The translations under genes were made by a program, and so were the position numbers. A DNA stretch of 64,000 bases from an uncultured Deferribacteres bacterium (lineage in GTDB: Bacteria > Zhuqueibacterota > Zhuqueibacteria > Zhuqueibacterales > Geothermadaptataceae): contig CAXHAT010000008.1 in the NCBI GenBank assembly GCA_964014485.1, forward strand, positions 6,958 through 70,957, written 5' to 3'. The notes under the pieces were generated by a model. It saw only the letters and a program-made list of their open reading frames with translations, did no database searches and was not told where the DNA came from. Below are positions 47,489-56,069 of the stretch, in pieces. Position 1 is the first letter of the stretch; every line of letters begins with the position of its first letter.

Positions 47489-47708
47489 CTCATTCCCAAT
47501 CTCCTGATTGGGAATGCACTTTTGGGGGCTGTCCAAGAACATGGTCTCTGAATGCAAGGCATACAATATGTCGTAGGGGTTCAAGATTTTGAACCCCTGC
47601 ATGTGGTATAGTACATCAAAAATATTATGTTCTGAGACAACCCCCAATAGAAGATTCGAAACTGGAGTTTCTCGATCAACATCTTTCCCAAACCGAAGTT
47701 TGGGAAAA
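47489..47708. repeat. TTCCCAA..TTGGGAA REP-type element interrupted by a MITE
   Basis: CTCATTCCCAATCTCCTGATTGGGAATG at left; CGAAACTGGAGTTTC and TTCCCAAACCGAAGTTTGGGAA at right. Confidence 0.65.
47525..47644. mobile_element. ~120-bp MITE (copy 2, inverted relative to 12139-12258)
   Basis: TIRs GGGGCTGTCC / AGACAACCCC; central GTAGGGGTTCAAGATTTTGAACCCCTGC; its reverse complement aligns along copy 1 (CATAATATTTT, CATTC.GA.ACCATG). Confidence 0.75.
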
Positions 47709-47816
47709 CCCCGTGGGGCCGTTTCAAGATAAAATGGCGCTTGTACACGGAGACGAGAATGACATAAAAGCAATGTCTTGGTTGAATCGCTCCTTTGTGT
47801 GCGGGCGTAACATCAA

Positions 47817-50219
47817 TTACTCATACTTCAAAATCTCAACCGGATTTGCGAGGGATGCTTTGATCGCCTGATATCCCATCGTTAAAACGGCGATCAACAA
47901 AGCGGCGGCGCCGGAGGCCAGCAGGAGCCACGCTTCGATTTCAATACGAAACGAAAAACTTTGCAGCCACAAGTCCATCAAGTACCATGCAATTGGCCAT
48001 GCGAGAAGCATCGCGAAGACGACCAGAACAACATATTCGCGCGCCAGAAGTAACACAAGTCCGGGCGACGAAGCGCCCAACGTTTTGCGGACGCCGATTT
48101 CTTTGGTGCGTCTTTCAGCGGAAAACGCCGAAAGTCCGAGCAAGCCAAGGCAAGCGATCACAATAGCGATCAAGGTGAAGTCGCCGAACATCTTGCCGAA
48201 CTGTTCCTGATTCTTGTAAAGATTGTCAAAATCCTGATCAAGGAACGAGTAGACAAACGGCCAGTCCGGCGTGAGTTCGTTCCATTTACGGCGAAGTTCC
48301 GCGACCGCGCTTTGAACGTCCTGCGTCTCGATTCGCGCCATCATTGTTGCGATGTTCGACGGATCGAGGTGTAAAACCAGCGGCTGCATGAACACCTGCA
48401 TCGGCTGAAAATGGAAATTCTTGACCACGCCAATGACGATGCCGCTTTTTTGCCCCGCCCAAACGATGCGTTGGCCAAGCGCTTCCTGCGGCGATGTCCA
48501 TCCAAGATCCTGGATCGCTTTTTCATTTAAAACGAATGCTTCCTCAAGATCGGAAGGAAATTGGCGAGAGAAATTTCTTCCGGCGAGCAATTCGATTTCT
48601 AAAGCGGGGATAAAATCATGTTCGACATAGAGAAATTTCATGGAAACGCGCTCTTCGGGTGCAGCGCCTTCCTTGCCGACGCTCGTTCCGGTTGCGCCGG
48701 CGCCAGGGGGGCGATTTGCAAAAGTAACGTCGCTGATTCCCGGGATGGTTAACAGTTGATTTTTGACGGCTTCTTGTTTTTCGATCAATCCCTGGTCGCG
48801 CAACGGCACGACGAGCACTTGTTGGTCGTTGAATCCTAAGTCCTTGTTTTTCATATACTGCAGTTGCAGGTAAACCACAGCGGTTCCGACAATAAGAACA
48901 ATGGATACGGCGAACTGCAAGATGACCAAAACTTGCCGGAAGCGCAACGGCGTCCGTTTCACTTGCGAAACTTCCAGTTTACCTTTGATGGTTTCAACAG
49001 GCTTGAAGGCCGAAAGAAAAAATGCGGGGTAGCTGCCTGAAATGACGCCTGCGAGCAGGGCGGTTAGAGCAACACTGACAAGTAGAAAAACGTTTTCAAA
49101 ATAGTTGAATTGCAGCGAACGTTCGAAAACGCTGTTAAATCGCGGCAGGAACATTTCAACCAAGAACAACGCCAGAATGAGGGCGAAACCGGCAAGCACA
49201 AGAGACTCGCCCAAAAATTGACGAACAAGCTGTCGACGTTCCGCGCCAATGACTTTGCGCAAGCCGACCTCTTTTGCGCGCATCGTTGAACGTGCGGTAG
49301 ACAGGTTCATAAAATTGAAGCAGGCAATAAGCAAAACCATGACCGCAATTGACGAGAAAATATAAACATACGTCATGTTGCTGCCGGCTTGAATTTCGTT
49401 CCCTTGCGGGTAAAGATGAATGTCAGTGACAGGTTGCAGCCACGGTCTGAGTTTAATGCCGTGCGGCTCTAACATTTGCGTGGTGTAAGCGTCGATGAAA
49501 TCCGGGAGTTTGGCCTCAACTTGCGATTTGTCGGTATTTTCGCGCAGCAGAACGTAGGTCACAAACGGATTGAACATCCAACTTTGCAATTGCTGGCCGA
49601 ACTGCGGTTCAAGGCTGGAAAAAGAGCCGAGAAAATCAAAGTGCAAGTGCGCGTTTGGGGGAACGTCATGCATCACGCCGGTAATTTTGAAGTCGTCGCG
49701 ATTTTCAATGCGCAGGGTTTTTCCCACTGGGTCTTCATCCCCGAAATATTTTTTGGCGGTAGATTCAGTCAGCACGACTGAAAACGGATCGTTTAACGCC
49801 GTCTGCGGATCGCCTGTGAGAAACGGAAAAGAGAATGTTTTAAATATGTCCGCGTCGGCGTAGAAGAATCGATTTTCGTAAAAGCGTCGATCTTCAAAAC
49901 CTACCATAATGTCGGTGAACGGCTGGTGGAACCGAACGGCGCGTTCAACTTCCGGAATTTCTTTCAAAAGGGCGGGAGCGACCGGCGCCCCCGAAAGCGC
50001 GTTTGAGAATTCACCGTTTGGCGAGACAAAATTTATGTTGAAGCGGTAGAGCCGCTGCGCCTTTTGGTGAAAATTGTCGTAGCTTAGTTCTTCCCGCACA
50101 AAAAGCATGATGATAAAGCAGCAAGCCATGCCTGTCGCCAATCCGACGATGTTTATGAAAGAATAGCCTTTGTGTTTGCTAATATTGCGCAAGGCGATTT
50201 TGACGTAGTTTTTAAACAT
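47817..50219 (-). CDS. MacB/FtsX-type ABC transporter permease (tandem-domain type)
   Basis: MFKNYVKIALRN..YSFINIVGLA, LQPVTDIHL, IACFNFMNLSTARS..RAKEVGLRK, QFLGES, ACLGLLGL, RRTKEIGVRK, ANPVEILKYE. Confidence 0.93.
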   Translation of the reverse strand: MFKNYVKIALRNISKHKGYSFINIVGLATGMACCFIIMLFVREELSYDNFHQKAQRLYRFNINFVSPNGEFSNALSGAPVAPALLKEIPEVERAVRFHQPFTDIMVGFEDRRFYENRFFYADADIFKTFSFPFLTGDPQTALNDPFSVVLTESTAKKYFGDEDPVGKTLRIENRDDFKITGVMHDVPPNAHLHFDFLGSFSSLEPQFGQQLQSWMFNPFVTYVLLRENTDKSQVEAKLPDFIDAYTTQMLEPHGIKLRPWLQPVTDIHLYPQGNEIQAGSNMTYVYIFSSIAVMVLLIACFNFMNLSTARSTMRAKEVGLRKVIGAERRQLVRQFLGESLVLAGFALILALFLVEMFLPRFNSVFERSLQFNYFENVFLLVSVALTALLAGVISGSYPAFFLSAFKPVETIKGKLEVSQVKRTPLRFRQVLVILQFAVSIVLIVGTAVVYLQLQYMKNKDLGFNDQQVLVVPLRDQGLIEKQEAVKNQLLTIPGISDVTFANRPPGAGATGTSVGKEGAAPEERVSMKFLYVEHDFIPALEIELLAGRNFSRQFPSDLEEAFVLNEKAIQDLGWTSPQEALGQRIVWAGQKSGIVIGVVKNFHFQPMQVFMQPLVLHLDPSNIATMMARIETQDVQSAVAELRRKWNELTPDWPFVYSFLDQDFDNLYKNQEQFGKMFGDFTLIAIVIACLGLLGLSAFSAERRTKEIGVRKTLGASSPGLVLLLAREYVVLVVFAMLLAWPIAWYLMDLWLQSFSFRIEIEAWLLLASGAAALLIAVLTMGYQAIKASLANPVEILKYE

Positions 50220-50292
50220 GATTCCTCGCTGTGAAAATACGGAATTCATCGTTTTGGATGATGTGTCAATTTTTTCAAGAAAAGAACTGGAT

Positions 50293-50307
50293 TCAATTCT
50301 TGTACCA
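50293..50307 (-). promoter_or_regulatory. Putative sigma54 promoter for the ABC permease
   Basis: Minus strand TGGTACAAGAATTGA with correct -24/-12 spacing, about 75 nt upstream of the ATG. Confidence 0.5.
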
Positions 50308-50375
50308 GAGCAAACATGAGCGAATATAAGAGCAGTGCGAAACAAAATTTGAGCAAGAATATACGATTACTAAAC

Positions 50376-50401
50376 ATGAGCGTTCGAATATGAACGCTCA
50401 T
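50376..50401. promoter_or_regulatory. Palindromic upstream activator or operator site
   Basis: ATGAGCGTTC-GAATAT-GAACGCTCAT, a perfect 10-bp inverted repeat about 70-95 nt upstream of the putative -24 box. Confidence 0.5.
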
Positions 50402-50561
50402 ATTTTGAAGATAGCGATGTTGGTTTTGTTCACTGTCTATTCTGGTAACCACTATCTCGTTTGTATATAATTGATTCAAGCCGTTATTTTATTATTTTCA
50501 TGTTCTCATGACGAATCCGATGCCTGATTCGACTCCAAACTGGAATTATTGTTTTTGACCT

Positions 50562-51344
50562 GTGAAAAAGTTTTTTTCTTTAAAAAATGATGGACTCAGC
50601 CGATTTTTAATCCAGGTCGCGCTGCCCTTAATATCCATTTCTATCTCCCTCTCGGGGCTCTATTTTGGCCTTTCAGCAAATGAGTTTATTATTTCAATCG
50701 CTTTCGGGTTTTCCGGTTTGGTTGGTTTTTTCGTTTACCACCAGCTTAGGAATATCAACAAGGGCTGCGCGAATCCGTATTTGGCCGCTAAGTTGGATGA
50801 AATCGAAATCACGGTATTTTCAAACCGGCGGGAAATCCATCGCAAATTAACTTTGGTTTCGACCAAAAAGCGCAAAATAAAGTCATATCTTTTCAGACTC
50901 TATTTTACGAATAAAGACGAACACGCAGATGCAGTATGTATTTCAGGAAACGGTCGGCTTACTCGCACGCCGCCTGTGGATCAAAACGGATGGCATGATT
51001 GTCAATTTGATTTTTTCTCGCCTTTCAGGAATCAAGGAGATGAGAGGAAGGTTGAGTTCAGATATACGATGGATGAGAAAGTCGGCAAGGCAGATCTCCA
51101 TCATTTTATTTCTTATAACAATTTCAATAAATGTGAAGAAGTTCGATTTAAACTGGTTTTCGATATCAGAGTAAAGCTGCCAAAAGACGTTTATTTATAC
51201 TTGCACGACGCAGATGAGCAGAACCCTGCTCTCTCAAAAACAAGAATAAAGCTGAATGGGATTAACCGCACTTATAGTATAGTCCGAAAGCCCGCACTTG
51301 AGCAGCAGCGGCGGTATTCTATACAATGGGTTTTGAAACCTTAG
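50562..51344 (+). CDS. AT-rich hypothetical protein: two N-terminal TM helices plus a beta-rich domain
   Basis: 260-aa ORF, two hydrophobic segments, beta-strand pattern ending YSIQW; visibly lower GC than neighbours. Confidence 0.65.
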   Translation: MKKFFSLKNDGLSRFLIQVALPLISISISLSGLYFGLSANEFIISIAFGFSGLVGFFVYHQLRNINKGCANPYLAAKLDEIEITVFSNRREIHRKLTLVSTKKRKIKSYLFRLYFTNKDEHADAVCISGNGRLTRTPPVDQNGWHDCQFDFFSPFRNQGDERKVEFRYTMDEKVGKADLHHFISYNNFNKCEEVRFKLVFDIRVKLPKDVYLYLHDADEQNPALSKTRIKLNGINRTYSIVRKPALEQQRRYSIQWVLKP

Positions 51345-51504
51345 GTTCTGCAATCTTGGTAAACGTGCTCCATTTTCTGGCGGAAGAAGTGGGATTTATA
51401 ATTCAGAAAAATGGATTTGTTATTACTTGAAACACTGATATTTTTGGAGAAGAAAATGAGTGAAGAATAAAGAACCCTGGTCTTTGTCAACAAATTTAAT
51501 TTAT

Positions 51505-51550
51505 CTCAAATCCCCGCCTGATTTGAAGAGTATATTGCCGGGGATTTGAG
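51505..51550. terminator. Hairpin in AT-rich intergenic region
   Basis: CTCAAATCCCCG..CGGGGATTTGAG. Confidence 0.4.
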
Positions 51551-51978
51551 GTGGAATAATAGAATCAAGTCAAGAACTGCGAAAAACGTCTGATTTGTTT
51601 ATCCGAATTTCGATTGAAGCTTAATCCTCTCCCATGAATATTTTCCCCCTTGTTCGTCCTGAATTTATGGCGCGGCCAAAAGCAACGCTTACACTTTTGA
51701 CGGCCTCCAGTTTTACAGTAAACGATTGAGTAGCAACTATAGAGCGTTTATGTTGCTATAGCTTGAATTGCTGTGAGATAGTGTCAGGAGAAAAAAGACA
51801 AAAAGCAATAAGTAAGTTAAAAAGCTATTGACTTTTATCAAGATGCTTAATAATTATACACTAATTCAATTCGAAACCCGCCATGGGGGTAAATCTCAGC
51901 TTTCGAACGCGTTTCAACAATTCAGAATTTTCTGCAAACATCTGGACAATCCCCTTTTCAAGGCAAAAGGAGTGTCTT

Positions 51979-52191
51979 ATGCGCGAAAAACAGGCAATTT
52001 ATATTTCTCGTTTTCTATTATCCGTCTCAATATTGCTTACTTTTACAGCCTTTTTTTTCGATAAAGCCGTGATTTTTGTCGCGGCTCTGGTTGTCATATT
52101 CTATTTGGCTATTTTTGCATATACATCGAAACGAATATTTCCGACAGTAAAGCTATTCTTTATAAAACTTTTTTTGCCGACGGCCCATTGA
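51979..52191 (+). CDS. Small two-TM membrane protein (70 aa)
   Basis: RBS AAGGAG, ATG 51979, two hydrophobic helices. Confidence 0.5.
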   Translation: MREKQAIYISRFLLSVSILLTFTAFFFDKAVIFVAALVVIFYLAIFAYTSKRIFPTVKLFFIKLFLPTAH

Positions 52192-52270
52192 ACAAATCGG
52201 TTGATTTTTTGCGTCGTATCCTTAAATTACCCCGCTCGAGATTTGACCGATCTAAAATGGAGAACACACA

Positions 52271-52471
52271 ATGGCGAAAGCAACTTCTTTTCAAGCAAAA
52301 ATAGCGAAAGGTTCTTCGCAACGTTCAGCGAAAATGTGCCCCAAGTGCGGAGAAGCGTTACAAGCGGTAAAATTCGTGACTTCAGAGCGTTCGGAAGTAA
52401 AAAGCTCCTGGAAATTCAACCAGCGCTTCATCGAAGTTTGCAAGTGTAATGAACAAGAAGTCTATTCCTAA
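52271..52471 (+). CDS. Small basic zinc-ribbon protein (CxxC..CxC), possibly DUF4295/bL38-related
   Basis: RBS GGAG; MAKATSFQAKIAK..CPKCG..VKFVTS..SWKF..VCKC. Confidence 0.65.
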   Translation: MAKATSFQAKIAKGSSQRSAKMCPKCGEALQAVKFVTSERSEVKSSWKFNQRFIEVCKCNEQEVYS

Positions 52472-52499
52472 ACTCGGTTCCCTCTAATGAGGTCATAAT

Positions 52500-52772
52500 T
52501 TGGTATTAGGACGTGTTATCGGAACTGTCTGGGCGACGCGAAAAGACGAAAGCCTGACGGGGATGAAATTGCAAATTGTTCGCCCTGTGGATCTGGATTA
52601 TTCGGAGAAGCAGGGCTTTCTTATTGCCGTTGACGTTGTCGGCGCTGGCGTTGGTGAAAAAGTGATTGTCGTTCAGGGAAGTTCTGCGCGACAAACGGAT
52701 TTGACGACTCAAAAACCAGTCGACGCCGCCATCATTGCCATCATCGATAAACTTGACGTTGAGAAAGCCTGA
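52500..52772 (+). CDS. EutN/CcmL-family microcompartment vertex protein (BMC-P)
   Basis: GRVIGTVWATRKD..LTG.KL..AVDVVGAGVGE.V...GSSAR..PVDAAIIAIID; TTG start with RBS GAGG. Confidence 0.93.
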   Translation: MVLGRVIGTVWATRKDESLTGMKLQIVRPVDLDYSEKQGFLIAVDVVGAGVGEKVIVVQGSSARQTDLTTQKPVDAAIIAIIDKLDVEKA

Positions 52773-53050
52773 TGTATTTGGCGAAAGTCATTGGTACGAT
52801 CTGGGCGACTCAAAAATACGCGTCGTTGGAAGGCGCGACAATGCAATTGATTCAACCGCTCAAAGCCGATGAAACCAAGGAAGGCGGTCCCATCGTCGCT
52901 ATAGACACTATTGGGGCGGGCGCCGGAGAGACGGTTGTTTACATCACTGCGCGCGAAGCGGTGATTCCGTACCCCGTCGAAATGGCGCCGATTGACGCTT
53001 CGATCATCGGCATTGTTGACAACATAGACGTTTACGACCAGACAACATGA
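52772..53050 (+). CDS. EutN/CcmL-family microcompartment vertex protein (BMC-P), second paralog
   Basis: MYLAKVIGTIWATQK..LEG..AIDTIGAGAGE..AREA..PIDASIIGIVD. Confidence 0.93.
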   Translation: MYLAKVIGTIWATQKYASLEGATMQLIQPLKADETKEGGPIVAIDTIGAGAGETVVYITAREAVIPYPVEMAPIDASIIGIVDNIDVYDQTT

Positions 53051-53649
53051 AAATCCTTCTCGCCACAAAGAACAAAGATAAAGTTCGGGAGATTCGCGCC
53101 GCCCTTTCCGGTTTGAACATCGAAGTATTAAGCGCCGCGGACATGCCGGAGTTGCCGGACGTGGAAGAAGACGCGCCGACGCTCGAAGGGAACGCACTCA
53201 AAAAAGCCGAAACGATTTTTAAAATAACCCAAATCCCCTGCGTCGCTGATGACACGGGCTTGGAAGTCGAAGCTTTAAACGGTGCGCCGGGCGTTTTTTC
53301 AGCGCGCTACAGCGGGCCCAATGCGACTTATCAAGACAATGTGAATAAACTTTTACACGAAATGCGGGACGTCCCAAGCGACAACCGAAAAGCCAGATTC
53401 CGGACTGTGATGGCTTATACCAGCGAGTCCGGCAGTCAGACAGTGGAGGGCGTTTGCGACGGACGCATTACAACAGCGCAACGCGGCAATAACGGCTTTG
53501 GGTACGACCCGGTTTTTGAAGTGGGGAAGACCGGTAAAACGCTCGCCGAAATGCCGCTTGAAGAAAAAAATAAGATCAGTCATCGCGGGCGTGCAATTCG
53601 CGAAATCGTCAGTCTTTTTGAGCAGGAATTGGGTGGAAATAAATCTTGA
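53047..53649 (+). CDS. rdgB: XTP/dITP diphosphatase (HAM1 family)
   Basis: LATKN..KVRE, EEDAPTLEGNALKKA, ADDTGL, GAPGVFSARY, GFGYDP, KNKISHRG. Confidence 0.95.
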   Translation: MKILLATKNKDKVREIRAALSGLNIEVLSAADMPELPDVEEDAPTLEGNALKKAETIFKITQIPCVADDTGLEVEALNGAPGVFSARYSGPNATYQDNVNKLLHEMRDVPSDNRKARFRTVMAYTSESGSQTVEGVCDGRITTAQRGNNGFGYDPVFEVGKTGKTLAEMPLEEKNKISHRGRAIREIVSLFEQELGGNKS

Positions 53650-53674
53650 CATTCAGTACCCCAGCGGTTATATT
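53646..53674 (+). promoter_or_regulatory. Sigma70 promoter of the tRNA cluster
   Basis: TTGACA-N17-TATATT. Confidence 0.75.
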
Positions 53675-53709
53675 TCGCGTCTCATTTTTAAGGCGGTAAG
53701 CCTAAATAT

Positions 53710-53783
53710 CGGGGCATAGCGCAGTCCGGCAGCGCATCTGCTTTGGGAGCAGAGGGTCGCAGGTTCAAATCCTGCTGCCCCGA
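53710..53783 (+). tRNA. tRNA-Pro(TGG)
   Basis: Cloverleaf; anticodon arm TCTGC-TTTGGGA-GCAGA; T-loop GTTCAAATC. Confidence 0.95.
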
Positions 53784-53820
53784 CTTTGGTTTCAAGGAAA
53801 TTGCCTTGAAGCTGGGACTT

Positions 53821-53894
53821 GCGCCAGTAGCTCAACCGGATAGAGCAACGGCCTTCTAAGCCGTAGGTTGGGGGTTCGATTCCCTCCTGGCGTA
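53821..53894 (+). tRNA. tRNA-Arg(TCT)
   Basis: Anticodon arm ACGGC-CTTCTAA-GCCGT; T-loop GTTCGATTC. Confidence 0.95.
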
Positions 53895-53922
53895 CTCAGC
53901 AAAACGTTACGTTTTCTGATAT

Positions 53923-54001
53923 GGTGGGCGTAGCTCAGTTTGGTTAGAGCACCTGGTTGTGGCCCAGGAGGTCACGGGTTCAAGTCCCGTCGTTCACCCC
54001 A
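53923..54001 (+). tRNA. tRNA-His(GTG)
   Basis: G-1, anticodon arm CCTGG-TTGTGGC-CCAGG, encoded CCA. Confidence 0.95.
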
Positions 54002-54020
54002 AATTTTTGAATAAAAAGTC

Positions 54021-54049
54021 TTGCTTTTTTTGAGCATCGTCGCTATAAT
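54021..54049 (+). promoter_or_regulatory. Sigma70 promoter for tRNA-Glu
   Basis: TTGCTT-N17-TATAAT. Confidence 0.7.
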
Positions 54050-54065
54050 TGCGATCTCATTTTAT

Positions 54066-54137
54066 GGCCCCTTCGTCTAGTGGTTAGGACTCAGGACTTT
54101 CATTCCTGCAACAGGGGTTCGAACCCCCTAGGGGTCA
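54066..54137 (+). tRNA. tRNA-Glu(TTC)
   Basis: Anticodon arm CAGGA-CTTTCAT-TCCTG; T-loop GTTCGAACC. Confidence 0.95.
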
Positions 54138-54144
54138 TAAAATT

Positions 54145-54180
54145 AAGCCGTGCAGGCATTGCTTGCGCGGCTTTTTTATT
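54145..54180 (+). terminator. Rho-independent terminator after the tRNA cluster
   Basis: AAGCCGTGCAGGC..GCTTGCGCGGCTTTTTT. Confidence 0.8.
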
Positions 54181-54279
54181 TTGGTAAAAAAGTTTGTGAT
54201 AAAGCGTTTTTACAGCCTTATATCTTTGCATAGATTATTGCTTCGGACGGAGGAATCAATAGCAAAGCGGGAGAACAAA

Positions 54280-55893
54280 ATGAGGCAAAACGCTTTTATT
54301 CGAACGGTCGGCTTGACGATTTTGGGGGTCGTGCTAATCGGGGGGAACGCATGCTTTTCCGGCGAAAAAACAGACAAAAAACGCTTCCGCTTTGAAATTT
54401 CCTTTCCCGCTTCTGTCAGCAAAACGCCGCTAACGGGCAGGATGTTTTTGATCTTCTCTCATCAAGATAGCATTGAACCGCGGCTTCAGGTTGGCAGATA
54501 CGGCCCGCAGCTTTTCGGCGTCGATTTCGAGGAAGTCTCACCCGGCGAACCTGTCGTTATCGACGAAACGACGTTGGGCTACCCCTACGAAAGCCTTCGC
54601 GATCTTCCCGCGCGTGAATATAAAATCCAGGCGGTGCTGAACAAATATTCCAAATTCGAACGCGCCGACGGCCACGTGCTCTGGATGCACGATGATCAAT
54701 GGGAAGGACAGAATTGGCGGCGGTCGCCTGGAAATGTTTACAGCGACGTCCAAACGATCAATCTAGGGGCTTCCAAGAAAGTCGCTCTGAGCATCGAAAC
54801 GTCGCACGTGATTCCTGCGATCAAGACGCCGAAGGACTCGAAATGGGTCAAAAGCTTCAAGATCAAGAGCAAATTATTAAGCGAATTTTGGGGCAGCCCC
54901 GTCTATCTCGGCGCGACCGTCCTTTTGCCGAAAAACTACTCCGAAAATCCTGATCGCCAATACCCGACGGTTTACGAACACGGCCATTTTTCATTGCGTC
55001 CCCCATTTCGTTTTGGCCGGGACAGCACGCTTACTCGCGCCTGGACTGCCGGGGAAACGCCGGAACTCGTTGTCGTCACCATCCAGCATCCAACTCCTTA
55101 TTTTGATGATTCTTATGCCGTTAATTCGGTCAACAACGGTCCTTACGGCGACGCCATTCATCAGGAACTCATCCCGGAAATCGAGCGACGTTTTCGCGTC
55201 ATTCCGGAGAGTTACGCTCGCGTTTTAACCGGAGGCTCAACGGGAGGTTGGGAGGCCTTCGCTCTACAAGTTTTCTACCCGAATTTTTATGGCGGGACAT
55301 GGGCGTTTGCGCCAGATCCGCTCGATTTTCGCAATGTCGAAGGGATCAATATTTACAAAGACAAGAATGCGTTTTATAAGGAACACGAGTGGTACCGCGT
55401 GCCGATAGCGAATACGCGCATTCACCCAACCGGGGAAGTGCGATTAACCTCGCGGCAACGAAATTTGATGGAATTGGTGCATGGCACGAAAGGCCGCTCC
55501 GGCCAGCAGCTTGACATTTGGAGCGCTGTGTTTGGGCCGGTTGGCGAAGACGGATATTTCAAGCCGCTTTTCAATAAACGCACTGGGGAAATTGATCCCG
55601 CGGTCGCGGATTATTGGAAGGAAAACTACGACCTGCGCTACCATCTCGAAAAGAACTGGAGCGAACTCGGCCCCAAACTCATTGGGAAACTGCACGTCAT
55701 CGCCGGGCACATGGACAATTTTTACTTGAACGTCGGTGTGTATCACATGGAAGAATTTCTCGAGAGCACGACAAACCCGTATTACGCAGGTTCATTTACT
55801 TACGGCCCCAAAGGCGGGCATGGCTGGCGGCCGTGGACGCGCCCGGAATTATTAGATAGGGTGCATCAGCACATTCTCAAAAACACACCTTAA
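54280..55893 (+). CDS. Exported alpha/beta-hydrolase (putative esterase family)
   Basis: Hydrophobic leader; SKLLSEFWG..VLLP, DDSYAVNS.NNGPYGDA, nucleophile elbow GGSTGG, DNFYL, GH. Confidence 0.8.
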   Translation: MRQNAFIRTVGLTILGVVLIGGNACFSGEKTDKKRFRFEISFPASVSKTPLTGRMFLIFSHQDSIEPRLQVGRYGPQLFGVDFEEVSPGEPVVIDETTLGYPYESLRDLPAREYKIQAVLNKYSKFERADGHVLWMHDDQWEGQNWRRSPGNVYSDVQTINLGASKKVALSIETSHVIPAIKTPKDSKWVKSFKIKSKLLSEFWGSPVYLGATVLLPKNYSENPDRQYPTVYEHGHFSLRPPFRFGRDSTLTRAWTAGETPELVVVTIQHPTPYFDDSYAVNSVNNGPYGDAIHQELIPEIERRFRVIPESYARVLTGGSTGGWEAFALQVFYPNFYGGTWAFAPDPLDFRNVEGINIYKDKNAFYKEHEWYRVPIANTRIHPTGEVRLTSRQRNLMELVHGTKGRSGQQLDIWSAVFGPVGEDGYFKPLFNKRTGEIDPAVADYWKENYDLRYHLEKNWSELGPKLIGKLHVIAGHMDNFYLNVGVYHMEEFLESTTNPYYAGSFTYGPKGGHGWRPWTRPELLDRVHQHILKNTP

Positions 55894-56069
55894 AACCGCA
55901 AAACCGCCGCGCTCGTACGAGCCAAGCCGTTCTTTTGGCAGAGCTTCGTTCGGCGCAATCCGCTTGCTGAAACAGAGAATCACCGTATATTTCCACCCTT
56001 GTTTTAAAGGAAAAGCACATTCCAGCGCTTCAAGTTTTTGGAGCGCATGAACCTAAGATGGAACTGACC

